In this document: positions 53,660 through 64,000 of the stretch, piece after piece
Layout: the number at the start of each line of letters is the position of its first letter
Numbering within the stretch: position 1 is the first letter of the stretch
NCBI GenBank assembly: GCA_036380735.1
Contig: DASVEE010000045.1
Coordinates: forward strand, 77,424 to 141,423
From: Thermoanaerobaculia bacterium
Lineage (GTDB): Bacteria > Acidobacteriota > Thermoanaerobaculia > Gp7-AA8
Direction of reading: 5' to 3'
Length of the DNA: 64,000 nt
Notes under the pieces: generated by a model
Databases searched by the model: none
What the model was told of the DNA's origin: nothing
Seen by the model: only the letters and a program-made list of their open reading frames with translations
Translations under genes and position numbers: made by a program

Positions 53660-55345
53660 TTATCCGCCGCGGGCCTGTGAAGACAAAGCCACGGGTGGTG
53701 CGACCGTCCGCAGCATCGGCGTGGACGCGCCGACCGCGCGGTTGCGGCCCCGCCGTTTTGCCTCGTAGAGTGCCCGATCGGCGCGGGCGATCCAGGCGTC
53801 GAGCGTGGACGCGTCGTCGACGCTCGCGACGCCGGCGCTGAATGTGACGCGCCGGCTCTCATCCAGGATCGCCCCATGCCCCAGCGCGGCGAACTCGGAG
53901 CGCAAGCGGTCCGCCAGACGAATGGCATCTGCCTCGGTCACGTCATGAATAAGCAGTGCGAGCTCCTCACCACCGAAGCGGCACACGGCGTCGGAGGGGC
54001 GCACGCGCTCGCGCAGCAGCGACGCGAGGCTGATCAGCACCGCGTCGCCCGCGGCGTGGCCGTAGCCGTCGTTCACGGCCTTGAAATGGTCGACGTCGAT
54101 CAGGACCAGCGCCGAGGCCGTGTCGCTTTTGCGGCGGGCGGCCGAGGCCGCGGAGAGGCGGCGGCTGAAGGCCGCGCGATTCAAGAGACCGGTGAGGCTG
54201 TCGCAGTCGAGCGACTGCCGCAGGAGCTTCGCGCGCGAAAGCCGCGCACGCACGACCGGAAGGAGCACGGCCGGATCGATCGGCTTCACGAGATGATCGT
54301 CGCCGCCGGCCAGCGTTGCATCGAGGCGCGCGTCGATGGCTCCTTCCGTCGTCAGAAAGATGATCGGCGTCGCGCGAAAGTCGTCCTGCTGCCTGGCGAA
54401 GCGCGCCAGCTCATAGCCGCTGACCCCCGGCAGGAGAATGTCCATCAGGACGAGATCGGGCGTGCACTCTTCGAGTGCAACCTGGAACTCTTCGCCGTTG
54501 CGGCAGCTCGTCACCTCGTAACCTTCGCCTTCGAGCAACGTGCGCAGGAAGAGCGTCTGGTGCACGTCGTCCTCCACACACAGGATGCGCGAGCCGGTGG
54601 CCCGCCGCGCTTTGATCGAGCTTCTGAGTCTCGCCGCGAGCGTGGCTGCGTCCACCGGCTTCTCGACATAGAAGTCAATGCCGGCGCGGATCGCGTCCAC
54701 CTTGTCGATGAAGTCGTCCAGGGCGCTCGCAGCGACAGCGACGACGCTGGCACCGTCCGGCGACTTGCGGATCGCGGCGATGAGCTCGAGGCCGGAGCCG
54801 TCCGGGAGGCAGATGTCGGCGACGATCGCTTCCGGCAGGCGGGCGAGCACTTCAGACCGTGCCTCCGCCAGGTTCGAGGCCGTGCGGACCGCGAACCCGT
54901 GCTGGCGCAGCTCCGTGGCGAGCCACGTCCGCTGCAGTGGATTGTCTTCGATGAGCAGCAGGTCGTGCTCTCTCGCCGACCGCGGTTCCGGTCGTGAAGG
55001 AACAACGACCGCACCGCGAGTGGCGATGCCGCCGACTTCATCGGTCACGACGTCGAGCAGGTTGCGTAGCCGGACCAGATCCGCGGCGGCCGGTGCGTCG
55101 CCCGAGGAGGCGAGGCGCCGGCATGCATGTTCACCGCGCGAGGCTACCATGACCAGGAGCTCGGCTCCCGGCACGCCGCTCACTCCGGCGAACGAGTGAA
55201 AGCCGCGCAGCAGGTTCTCGACCGCTTCGCGGGAGCCGGGGCTCGTCTCCAGCAGCAGCGTGTCCTCACGCATCGACGCGAGCCGCTGCGCTGCTTCTTC
55301 GAGGAACGTGGCCAGCAGGAGAGCCGTGTGTTCCGCGGTCATCAT
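53660..55345 (-). CDS. HPt-like / REC / REC / GGDEF diguanylate cyclase
   Basis: N-terminal helical domain with HSFAGVSG. Two receiver domains (IEDNPL..., VEDDVH...DILLPGVSG). Active site RFGGEELAL. Confidence 0.8.
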   Translation of the reverse strand: MMTAEHTALLLATFLEEAAQRLASMREDTLLLETSPGSREAVENLLRGFHSFAGVSGVPGAELLVMVASRGEHACRRLASSGDAPAAADLVRLRNLLDVVTDEVGGIATRGAVVVPSRPEPRSAREHDLLLIEDNPLQRTWLATELRQHGFAVRTASNLAEARSEVLARLPEAIVADICLPDGSGLELIAAIRKSPDGASVVAVAASALDDFIDKVDAIRAGIDFYVEKPVDAATLAARLRSSIKARRATGSRILCVEDDVHQTLFLRTLLEGEGYEVTSCRNGEEFQVALEECTPDLVLMDILLPGVSGYELARFARQQDDFRATPIIFLTTEGAIDARLDATLAGGDDHLVKPIDPAVLLPVVRARLSRAKLLRQSLDCDSLTGLLNRAAFSRRLSAASAARRKSDTASALVLIDVDHFKAVNDGYGHAAGDAVLISLASLLRERVRPSDAVCRFGGEELALLIHDVTEADAIRLADRLRSEFAALGHGAILDESRRVTFSAGVASVDDASTLDAWIARADRALYEAKRRGRNRAVGASTPMLRTVAPPVALSSQARGG

Positions 55346-56019
55346 GCTGTCGCCCTCACGTCCGCCGGTGCTGCTTCGATCAGGAACCGGACCACGGCCG
55401 CGCGCAGCTTCGCCACGTCGACCGGTTTGGCCAGGTACTCGTCCACACCGAAACTTTTCCGCGCTTCGGTGCTGTAGCGCGCGGCCGTGTAGAGACCGCT
55501 CATGATGATGACGCGTGTGGCGGAGAGCTCCGGGTCGCGCTTCATCGCTTCGCACATTTCGCGGCCGTCCATCTTCGGCATGAAGGCGTCGGAGATCACG
55601 ACGACCGGTTTGTGCACGCGCGCCAGCTCCAGGGCTTCCTGGCCGTTGCCGGCTTCGATGAAGCGGCAGTCGAAGTCCTTCAGCGACTGGCGGACGGCCA
55701 TGCGCACGGTGCGGGAATCGTCGACCAGCAGCAGCACCGGGCGTGCGTCGGCGGCGGCGGCTTCTTCAGCCGCGCCGCCCTTCTGCCGCTCGTCGCGGAG
55801 GCGGCGCAGCTTCTCCTCCCAAAGGACCTGTGGTGCGTTGGCCCAGAACTCCGAACGGCGGGCCGGCGTCACGCGGCAGAGGCAGTTGCAGCAGTGGGGA
55901 CAGACCACGGAGTGCTCGCGGCTGAGGCATTTGCACCACATCACGTCGGCGGCGGAGAAAGGGACGCGGCAGGTGACACAGGTGACGGGCGAAGCGGGAG
56001 CATTCATCGCTGGATTCAT
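55342..56019 (-). CDS. Response regulator with novel N-terminal Cys-rich (9 Cys) domain
   Basis: CVTC...CKC...CPHCCNCLC, then a receiver domain (LLVDDS...SDAFMPKMDG...LAKP). ATGA overlap with the kinase gene. Confidence 0.75.
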   Translation of the reverse strand: MNPAMNAPASPVTCVTCRVPFSAADVMWCKCLSREHSVVCPHCCNCLCRVTPARRSEFWANAPQVLWEEKLRRLRDERQKGGAAEEAAAADARPVLLLVDDSRTVRMAVRQSLKDFDCRFIEAGNGQEALELARVHKPVVVISDAFMPKMDGREMCEAMKRDPELSATRVIIMSGLYTAARYSTEARKSFGVDEYLAKPVDVAKLRAAVVRFLIEAAPADVRATA

Positions 56020-58817
56020 GAGCAGACCTCCGTGCAGGCGACGGGAGTGGCGACGCGAGCGATCGCGCCGATGAGCGAATCGAGACGGTACGGCTTGAGC
56101 AGGGACGTGGTGCGGGGCGTCGTGAGTTGCGGCTCGAGCATCCGCTCGTCGCCGTGGCCGGTGGAGAACACGATCGGGAGGTTGGGGTACTGCCGGCGGA
56201 TGATCTCGAACAGCTCGATACCGTTCATGTCCGGCAGTCCGACGTCGAGGATGGCGACGTCCGGTGGGCCGCCCGCCAGGAGCGCCAGCGCCTCGGCGCC
56301 CGATTCGACACTTTCGACTCGCAGGTGCTGCGCTTCGAGAAGGTGGCAGATGCCCTGGGCGACGAACACGTCGTCCTCGACGAGCAGCACGCGGTTCACG
56401 TGCGCCGGCACGACAGGCACGCTCACCGGAGCGGCGGCCGCGACGCTGTTCGGATCGGCCGTGGGGAGCAGCAGATGGAAGGTGGTGCCTTTTCCCGGCG
56501 TGCTCTCCACGAAAATGCGTCCGCCGTGCTTCGTCACGATCTGGTGGACGATCGTCAGCCCAAGGCCGGTGCCGGTGTTCCGCTTCGTGCTGAAGAGAGG
56601 CTCGAAGATGCGGTCGAGCAGCTCCGGTGCGATTCCGCAGCCGGTGTCCGTGACGGAGAAGTGCAGCATGCCCGCCGGAGTCTCGTGGTGGGATGCCGCC
56701 GGGAACCCGCCGCCGGTGTATCGGCGTACGGCAACGCGGACGGTACCGTTTGCGGTCATCGCGTCGCGTGCGTTGGCCACCAGGTTGACGAAGACCTGCT
56801 GCAACTGCCACGCGTCGGCGGAGACGGGAGGCAGATCGTCGGCGATGGAGATGGAGAGCTCGACGGCGCGGCCGCCGATCGACTGCAGCTCCGGCGCGAG
56901 ATCGGCGAACCACTCGGCCACCGAAAGAGGACGCAGGACCGGCTCGCTCGCACGGGCGAAACGGAGAATCTCGTGCGTTACCCGTTTGCCACGCTCCACC
57001 GCGGCGATGATCCGCGTAGCCGCGTCGGCCATGGACGCTTCGCCGCGGCGGCGAATCAGCTCCGCAAACGGCTGGATGCCCATCAGCACGTTGTTCATTT
57101 CGTGGGCGATGGTCGCGGCGAGGCGGCCGAGGCCGGAGAGACGCTGTTCGTTCTCGAGCTGGCGCTCCAGGCGGCGCACGTCCGTCAGATCGAAGGTGAT
57201 CCCGATGTAGCCGATGTAGCGGCCGGAGGCGTCGAATCGGGGAGCGGCGTTCGTCAGCGTCTCGCGCAGCTCGCCGTTGCGGTCGCGCAGCCGGTACTCG
57301 ACGGTGTACGCGTCCCGGCGCCCGGTTGCATTGCGTACGGTGGCGCGCATCCGCTCGATGTCGGACGGCTCCAGACAGTCGAGCCACCCGAGGCCGCGCG
57401 CCTCCTCGACGGTCTGGCCGGTGGTGCTGGTCCACTGGCGGTTGATGAACTGGCAGACGCCCGCGTCCGAGGTGGTCCAGATGATCACCGGGGCGTTGTC
57501 GGCCATGTAGCGGAATCGTTCTTCGCTCTCGCGCAGCAGCGCTTCGTTGCCTTTGCGCTCCTCCACGTCGACCAGGACACCGCGCATGCCGCAGGGGAGC
57601 CCTTCCTCGTCGAGGATGACGCTGCAGTGCGCTTCGCACCACACCGCACCGCGATGCGGCGTGACCATGCGGAACTCGATGCGGCAGCTTCTGCCGGCGG
57701 TGTAGCTCGCGTCGAGCTCCTGCAGCACACGCTCGCGATCGTCGCGGTGGATCGCCCGTTCGTAGGAGCCGGTGTAGACGGTCTCCACATCCGCGCCGAC
57801 GAGGTGCGTGACGTAGGGGCTGACGTACGCGACCTTCGCTCCGCTCTTCGCGGGATTCCCGAGGATCTCCCAGACCACGCCGGGAACGTTCTCGATGATG
57901 TCGTTGAGGCGCGCACGCTCGCGCTCGAGATCGCGCAGCAGCTCCGCGTTCCGCCGCGCCGCTTCCTGCTCCGTCGTGATGTCGCGGGCGATGCCGCCGG
58001 TGCCGATGATCCGTCCCGACTCATCGGTAATCGGCGCTTTCACCGTCTCGATCCAACGTTCTTCACCCGCGTGCGAGCGGATCGCCTCCACGAGTCTGTG
58101 CGCTTTGCGCGACTGGCGGACCTGCTGGTCGAGCGCCCGGTACGCGGTCCCGTATTCGGGCGGGAACAGGTCGAGGTCCGTACGCCCGACGATCTCCGCG
58201 GGAGTCCGTCCCATGAAATTGGCCAGCGCCGTGTTCACGGCGACGAACCGCGACTCCTCATCCTTGATCCACGCGAGATCCGGCATGTTGTCCAGCAGCG
58301 CCTGCAGCCGCAGGTGCGCCAGCTTCAGCGCCCGTTCGGTTTCGTGCTGCTGAACGACGTGCATCGCGGGACCGCGGCGGCTGTTGACCAGTTCCGCGGC
58401 CTGGCGCGCCGAGAGCTCCAGCATCGATTCGACCACTGCTCCCCATTCGCGCGGTGCGGCGTCGAGCAGCACGACATGGGCCTTGCCGCCATCGGCCGTG
58501 TGCTCGCACACCGACGCAAACGCCTGCAGCGGCGTGCCGCTATGGCTGCGAAGGTGCAGATCGCGCGGCGAGCCGGCGCGGAACACCCGCTCTTTCGGCA
58601 GTACCTGACTCCAGAGCTGCGTCGCGGCCGCCATCTGCGACAGCTCGACGCCCGTCGCAGCTTTCAGCCGCGCTTCGTCGCCGCTGAGGACGAGTATGGC
58701 CACGGCGGCATCGCACGACAGTGCAATCAGATCGGCGAGCGATTCGTAAGCGGCGTCGCGCGCAGCGATCACGACGGGAAATGGCTGGACTGCGTGCAGC
58801 GACTCGGACTTGGGCAT
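56016..58817 (-). CDS. Hybrid sensor histidine kinase (GAF-like, multiple PAS, HisKA, HATPase, REC)
   Basis: H-box IAHEMNNVLMGI, G-boxes DTGCGI and GTGLGL, C-terminal receiver domain LLVEDD...DVGLPDMNG. Confidence 0.85.
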   Translation of the reverse strand: MPKSESLHAVQPFPVVIAARDAAYESLADLIALSCDAAVAILVLSGDEARLKAATGVELSQMAAATQLWSQVLPKERVFRAGSPRDLHLRSHSGTPLQAFASVCEHTADGGKAHVVLLDAAPREWGAVVESMLELSARQAAELVNSRRGPAMHVVQQHETERALKLAHLRLQALLDNMPDLAWIKDEESRFVAVNTALANFMGRTPAEIVGRTDLDLFPPEYGTAYRALDQQVRQSRKAHRLVEAIRSHAGEERWIETVKAPITDESGRIIGTGGIARDITTEQEAARRNAELLRDLERERARLNDIIENVPGVVWEILGNPAKSGAKVAYVSPYVTHLVGADVETVYTGSYERAIHRDDRERVLQELDASYTAGRSCRIEFRMVTPHRGAVWCEAHCSVILDEEGLPCGMRGVLVDVEERKGNEALLRESEERFRYMADNAPVIIWTTSDAGVCQFINRQWTSTTGQTVEEARGLGWLDCLEPSDIERMRATVRNATGRRDAYTVEYRLRDRNGELRETLTNAAPRFDASGRYIGYIGITFDLTDVRRLERQLENEQRLSGLGRLAATIAHEMNNVLMGIQPFAELIRRRGEASMADAATRIIAAVERGKRVTHEILRFARASEPVLRPLSVAEWFADLAPELQSIGGRAVELSISIADDLPPVSADAWQLQQVFVNLVANARDAMTANGTVRVAVRRYTGGGFPAASHHETPAGMLHFSVTDTGCGIAPELLDRIFEPLFSTKRNTGTGLGLTIVHQIVTKHGGRIFVESTPGKGTTFHLLLPTADPNSVAAAAPVSVPVVPAHVNRVLLVEDDVFVAQGICHLLEAQHLRVESVESGAEALALLAGGPPDVAILDVGLPDMNGIELFEIIRRQYPNLPIVFSTGHGDERMLEPQLTTPRTTSLLKPYRLDSLIGAIARVATPVACTEVCS

Positions 58818-58854
58818 TCTGGGGCGGCTCCCTCTTGGACCGAGCCCTATTACC

Positions 58855-58869
58855 GCAACGCCGGTGCCA
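58855..58869 (-). promoter_or_regulatory. Sigma54 (-24/-12) promoter for the hybrid-HK/DGC operon
   Basis: Minus strand TGGCAC-CGGCG-TTGC(G). ~26-nt leader containing a GAGGGAG SD sequence before ATG 58817. Confidence 0.65.
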
Positions 58870-58966
58870 TAACAGGCCTAATGAAATCAATGGTTTACAA
58901 GGAGGCGGCAGCCGTCAGTCTGAAGCTGGGACGACACTGTTCGAATTCTGAACGGACGGCACGAAC

Positions 58967-59099
58967 GGGCCCTGGGTGTGCGGGGAAGGGAAATAGGACG
59001 TATGGGACCTCTAGGACGGATGGGTCTGCGGACCCTGGGTGCCGTGCGGGAACGGGTGTGAACAGGCCCTTGGGTGTGCGGGGAATGGGAAATAGGACG
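58967..59099. repeat. Family-B-related region with direct repeats CYTGGGTGTGCGGGGAAKGGGAAATAGGACG x2
   Basis: Copies at 58967-59000 and 59064-59099, with a partial copy at 59031-59060. A family-B arm (ataggacgtatgggacctctaggacggatgggt) lies between them. Confidence 0.7.
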
Positions 59100-59122
59100 C
59101 GGCCTACAGCGGCCGCCGCGGG

Positions 59123-60483
<1,361 letters not shown>

Positions 60484-60487
<4 letters not shown>

Positions 60488-63400
60488 TGGGTCTCCTCCG
60501 CGCAGGGCAGCGTGACGGTGATCGAGGCTCCGCCGCCCTCGCGATTGCGGGCGCTGATCGCGCCGTTATGGTCGTCGATGATGCGCTGCACGAGCGAGAG
60601 CCCGAGCCCCGTGCCGCCGCGGCGCCGGGTGAAGAACGGCTCGAAGATGCGCCCGAGGTCCTGTTCGCGGAAGCCGGGTCCGCGGTCGTCCACCGTGACC
60701 ACGATTGCGTTCTCCGCTGCCGCGCGGGCCGCATGAATCTCGACCTGCGCTCCCTTCGGCGAATGCTGGATGGCGTTTTTGAGGAGGTTCTCGAACACCT
60801 GCAGGATGTGGTGGCGGTCGATGCGCACGTTCGGCAGCTCCTGCGGCACGTCGATCGTGATGGTCACGTCTGCCTGTTGCGCCAGCGCGCGTACGGACGT
60901 GCGTGCGCTCACCAGCACCGGACCGATCGCGCCGGCGGTGAGCACCGTCGGCATCGGTCTGCCGAATTCGAGCAGGTCGTGCATCAGCTCGTTCATCCGA
61001 TCGAGCTGTTCGCGCAGCGCGGACGTGTAGGGGCGGAACTGCTCCTCGCCGTAGACGGCCTCGAAGGCGTCGAGCGTCGCGGAGATGCCGAACAGCGGAT
61101 TGCGCACCTCGTGCGCGACGCCCGCGACGAGCGCACCGACGGCGGACATTCGCTCGCTGCGCTGCAGCTTCTCCTGCATGCGGGCGATGTCGGTGACGTC
61201 CGAGGCGACGACGGTGGTGCGCTCGCCGCTCTTCCACGGACTGCCGACGACGTCCCACTGGCGCCCGTCCTCGGTCACGACGCGCGTGGCGAACGGCCCT
61301 TCGGCATCCGCGATGTGTCCCCACAGCCACGAGCCGCTGAGCGAGCCGACCGGCTGGCCGATGACGTCGCGGAAATGCGCCGCGTCGGTGTGGGCGAGCG
61401 CGGCGCGGTTCAGGCGCGCGATGGTGCGGTCGTGGTGGAGGATGATGATGGGGGAGGAGATCGAGTCGAACGTCTCGCTCCACTCCGCCGCGGCGCGGTG
61501 CACGATGTCGAGCAGGTCGCGCTGCGCGCGCTCGGCGGCGTTGCGCTCCGTCACGTCGAACGCAATCCCGACGGTGCCGACGATGTCGCCGCGGTCGTCG
61601 CGCAGCGGCTCGATGTGCACGCGCAGATCGCGGTCGTCGCGCGTGGTCTCGAACGTCAGAGGGTGTCCCTGCAGCGCGCCCGCCGGATCGGCGCCTGAGG
61701 TGACGGCACCGAAGAGGTCCTCGACGGATAGATCGAGATCGATCGCGGTGAGGTTCGCCTCCGCGCCGGCGCCGATCATCGAGGTGATGCGCAGCTCCGC
61801 ATCGCTCGACCAGAGGATGACGGGAAGGTGCGAGACGATGAGGCGGAGGCGCGCTTCGCGATCGAGCAGCTCCTGCTGTGCCGCGCGCTCTTCCGTGATG
61901 TCCTGCACCGTGCCGACGATGCGGCGGCGCCCGGTGAGGAAGTCGGTCACGATGCGGGCCTGGACGCGGACGAAGCGGCGGGCGCGGTCGACGCGCGTCA
62001 GCTCGTGGCGCATGTCGATCGTCTCGCGGCGGTCGAGCAGCACGCGGATGCTCTCCGGCAGGATCGTGCGGAACACGAAGTCGCGCGTGAGCGGCTGCGA
62101 TTGCGGCTCGAGGCCGACGATGCGATACAGCTCGTCCGACCACAAGAGGCCCTCTTCGCTGTCGTCGAGGTCGAGCTCGAAGCTGCCGAGGTGGGCGAGG
62201 GCCTGCGCTTCGCGAAGCTGCGTTTCGCTGCGCCGCAGGAACTGCTCCGCGCGCACGCGGTCCGTGATGTCGCTGATGAGCATCAGCACGCCCGATACTT
62301 CCGTGTTGTCGCCGTAGACCGGACTCGCCGCGACGGTGGTGTTGAGGATGGCGCCGTCGGGACGGCGGAGGCGGACCTCGTATTTGGTGGCGCGCCCGTC
62401 GAGCTGCATGTATGCGTTGCGCAGCAGCTCCGGCCGGTCCTCGGAGCTGACGAGCTGCAGGAACGAGAGTCCCGCGAGCGTGGGCGGCGTCAGGCCGAGC
62501 AGCTCGCCCGCTTTGGCGTTGGCGAAGGAGATCGTGCCGTCGATGTTGACGACCACGACGCCTTCCTGGGCGATCTCGATGAGCGCTTCGTAGTCGCGGC
62601 GCGCGCGGAACGTCTCGTCTTCCGCGGCCCGGCGGGCCATGGCGGCGCCGAGGAAGTTCGCGATGGAGCGGATCGTCGAAACGTCGCGATCGGAGAAGGC
62701 CGCGCGGCGCGACGACGCGATGACGAGCACGCCGTACGGTGCGTACGGTCCGTTGACGGCCATCGACACGCTGCTCACGAAGCCGGCGGCTTTCAGCCCC
62801 GGCGCGGTCAGCAGCGGCTCGGAGTCGATGTCGTCGATGACGATCGGCTCGTGGGAGTCGAGTGCCTCGCGGGCCACTCGGCCCGGCTCGTCGGCGATGA
62901 TGAGATCCGCGAACGCTTCGGTGTCGCCGACGGCGGCTTCGATGTCGAAGCGCTGCTCCTCCGGCACGTGACGGAGCATGAAGACTGCTTCGCTGTTCGT
63001 CAGCCGCTTGATCGTGCGGCAGGCCTCGGCCACGAGGGCGTCGATGTCGTGCTCGGTGAGCGCGCTGAAGCCGAAGTCGGCGATCGCGACCTGTTCTTCC
63101 TCCGCCAGCTTGCGGCCGGTGATGTCCTGGGTGATGCCGTCGGCGAGGAGGACGCCGTTGACCGCGTAGGTGCCGGCGGCGCGGTCCGAGAGCCAGATCC
63201 AGTCGCCGTCCTTCCGGCGGAAGCGGTACTCCGCGTTGTACGGCTTCCCTTCCTGGAAGAGGGCGATGAAGTTCTGGTTGACCGCGGCGACGTCGTCGGG
63301 GTGGATCTGGTCGAACCAGAAGGTCGGGCCGCGCGCGACGATCTCCTCGCCGGTGAAGCCGTAGACCTCTTCCACTTTCGCGCTGAGCATGTGCACGGTG

Positions 63401-64000
63401 CCGGTTGCGTCGACGATCCAGAGGAGGTCGGGGACGTTCTCCACGACGCTGCGGTATTTCCGCTCGCTGTCGCGCAGAGCGTCGAGCGTCGCGAGCTGCG
63501 CGGTCACGTCGCGGTTGACCGAGAGGATGGCGTCGCGGCCGAAGTAGTCGATGCGGGAGGCGCGGACCTGCAGGTGAAGGAGCGTGCCGTCGGCGCGGCG
63601 CTGCGTCGTGTCGAACTCCACGACGCCGCGCTCGAAGAGGCGGGCGACGACGGGGGCCAGCTCTTCGGGATTGGTGGAGAAATCGAGCATCGACGTGCCG
63701 AGAAGCTGGTCGAGCGTGACGCCGTAGAGCTCACAGGCACGGGCGTTGGCTTCCAGGACCCGCTCGGTGACCGGATCGAGGACGAGGATCGCGTCGTGGG
63801 AGTTGTCGAAGATGCTGCGGAAGTGCTGTTCCGACTCCCACAGTTGCTGTTCGCCGGTGACGTCGGCGCCGGTGACGACGATGCGGCCGGCGTCGTCGGT
63901 GGCGAAGAGCCAGTCGATGGTGCGGGTCTCACCGCCGGCGATGACGATGGAGCTCCGGAGGGCGCCGGCCGGCGCTTCGCCGCGCGCGACGGTCTCGCGG
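60484..64000 (-). CDS. Multi-PAS/GAF sensor histidine kinase, 5' end outside window
   Basis: H-box AHEVRNPLFGI and HATPase GTGLGL. My translation shows the frame upstream of the track ORF start (63690) stays open to base 64000 (PAS-like ...SEQHFRSIFDNSHDAILVLD...). Confidence 0.85.

Noticed and set aside
55342-57642. 766-aa track ORF as one protein
   Set aside because: The upstream two-thirds is an out-of-frame overlap of the hybrid kinase gene. The credible CDS starts at ATG 56019.

Overview
GC-rich bacterial chromosomal window. I recognised no rRNA, tRNA, CRISPR array or transposase. The phylum cannot be established from the sequence alone; gene content and repeat style look like a soil Acidobacteriota-type genome, but that is a guess.

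Layout:
- 1-2.3 kb: GAF protein (5' partial), CheY-like regulator, GT-C-like membrane protein.
- 2.3-17.9 kb: one long respiratory supercluster. It runs ferredoxin, HEAT protein, Rieske, split cytochrome b, octaheme cytochrome c, cupredoxin lipoprotein, aa3-type oxidase ctaD/E/IV/C, ctaA, ctaB, SCO1.
- 18.1-19.2 kb: a PRTase + SLOG/DprA-like gene pair (ShosTA-like) wedged between SCO1 and a DUF420 gene.
- 19.3-24.3 kb: housekeeping genes (Nudix, pdxH, arsC, lipid kinase, MarC).
- 24.3-31.7 kb: accessory stretch with unknown genes, an XRE regulator, a Doc toxin module, and a very unusual ~560-bp array of 21/22-nt mini-hairpin units.
- 31.7-37.8 kb: addA/addB.
- 37.9-44.4 kb: VanZ, response regulator, AAA+ ATPase, ftsY, PBP + TonB-dependent receptor.
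- 44.8-53.1 kb: EAL-CheY-GAF-cheD-A-MCP-W-W-R-B chemosensory operon.
- 53.3-64 kb: convergent hybrid HK / Cys-rich REC / HPt-REC-REC-GGDEF / REC operon, then an NtrC-type sigma54 activator and a multi-PAS kinase (5' end outside the window).

Cross-cutting signals:
- Two families of palindromic repeats whose arms are themselves short tandem repeats (7-mer ACGGAMA and 9-mer GGACnnATR). They sit in almost every intergenic gap and appear in-frame inside three CDSs.
- Three identically spelled sigma54 promoters (TGGCAC-N5-TTGCG), each correctly placed upstream of an operon.

All calls rest on reading the sequence and the ORF track by eye. No database search was possible.
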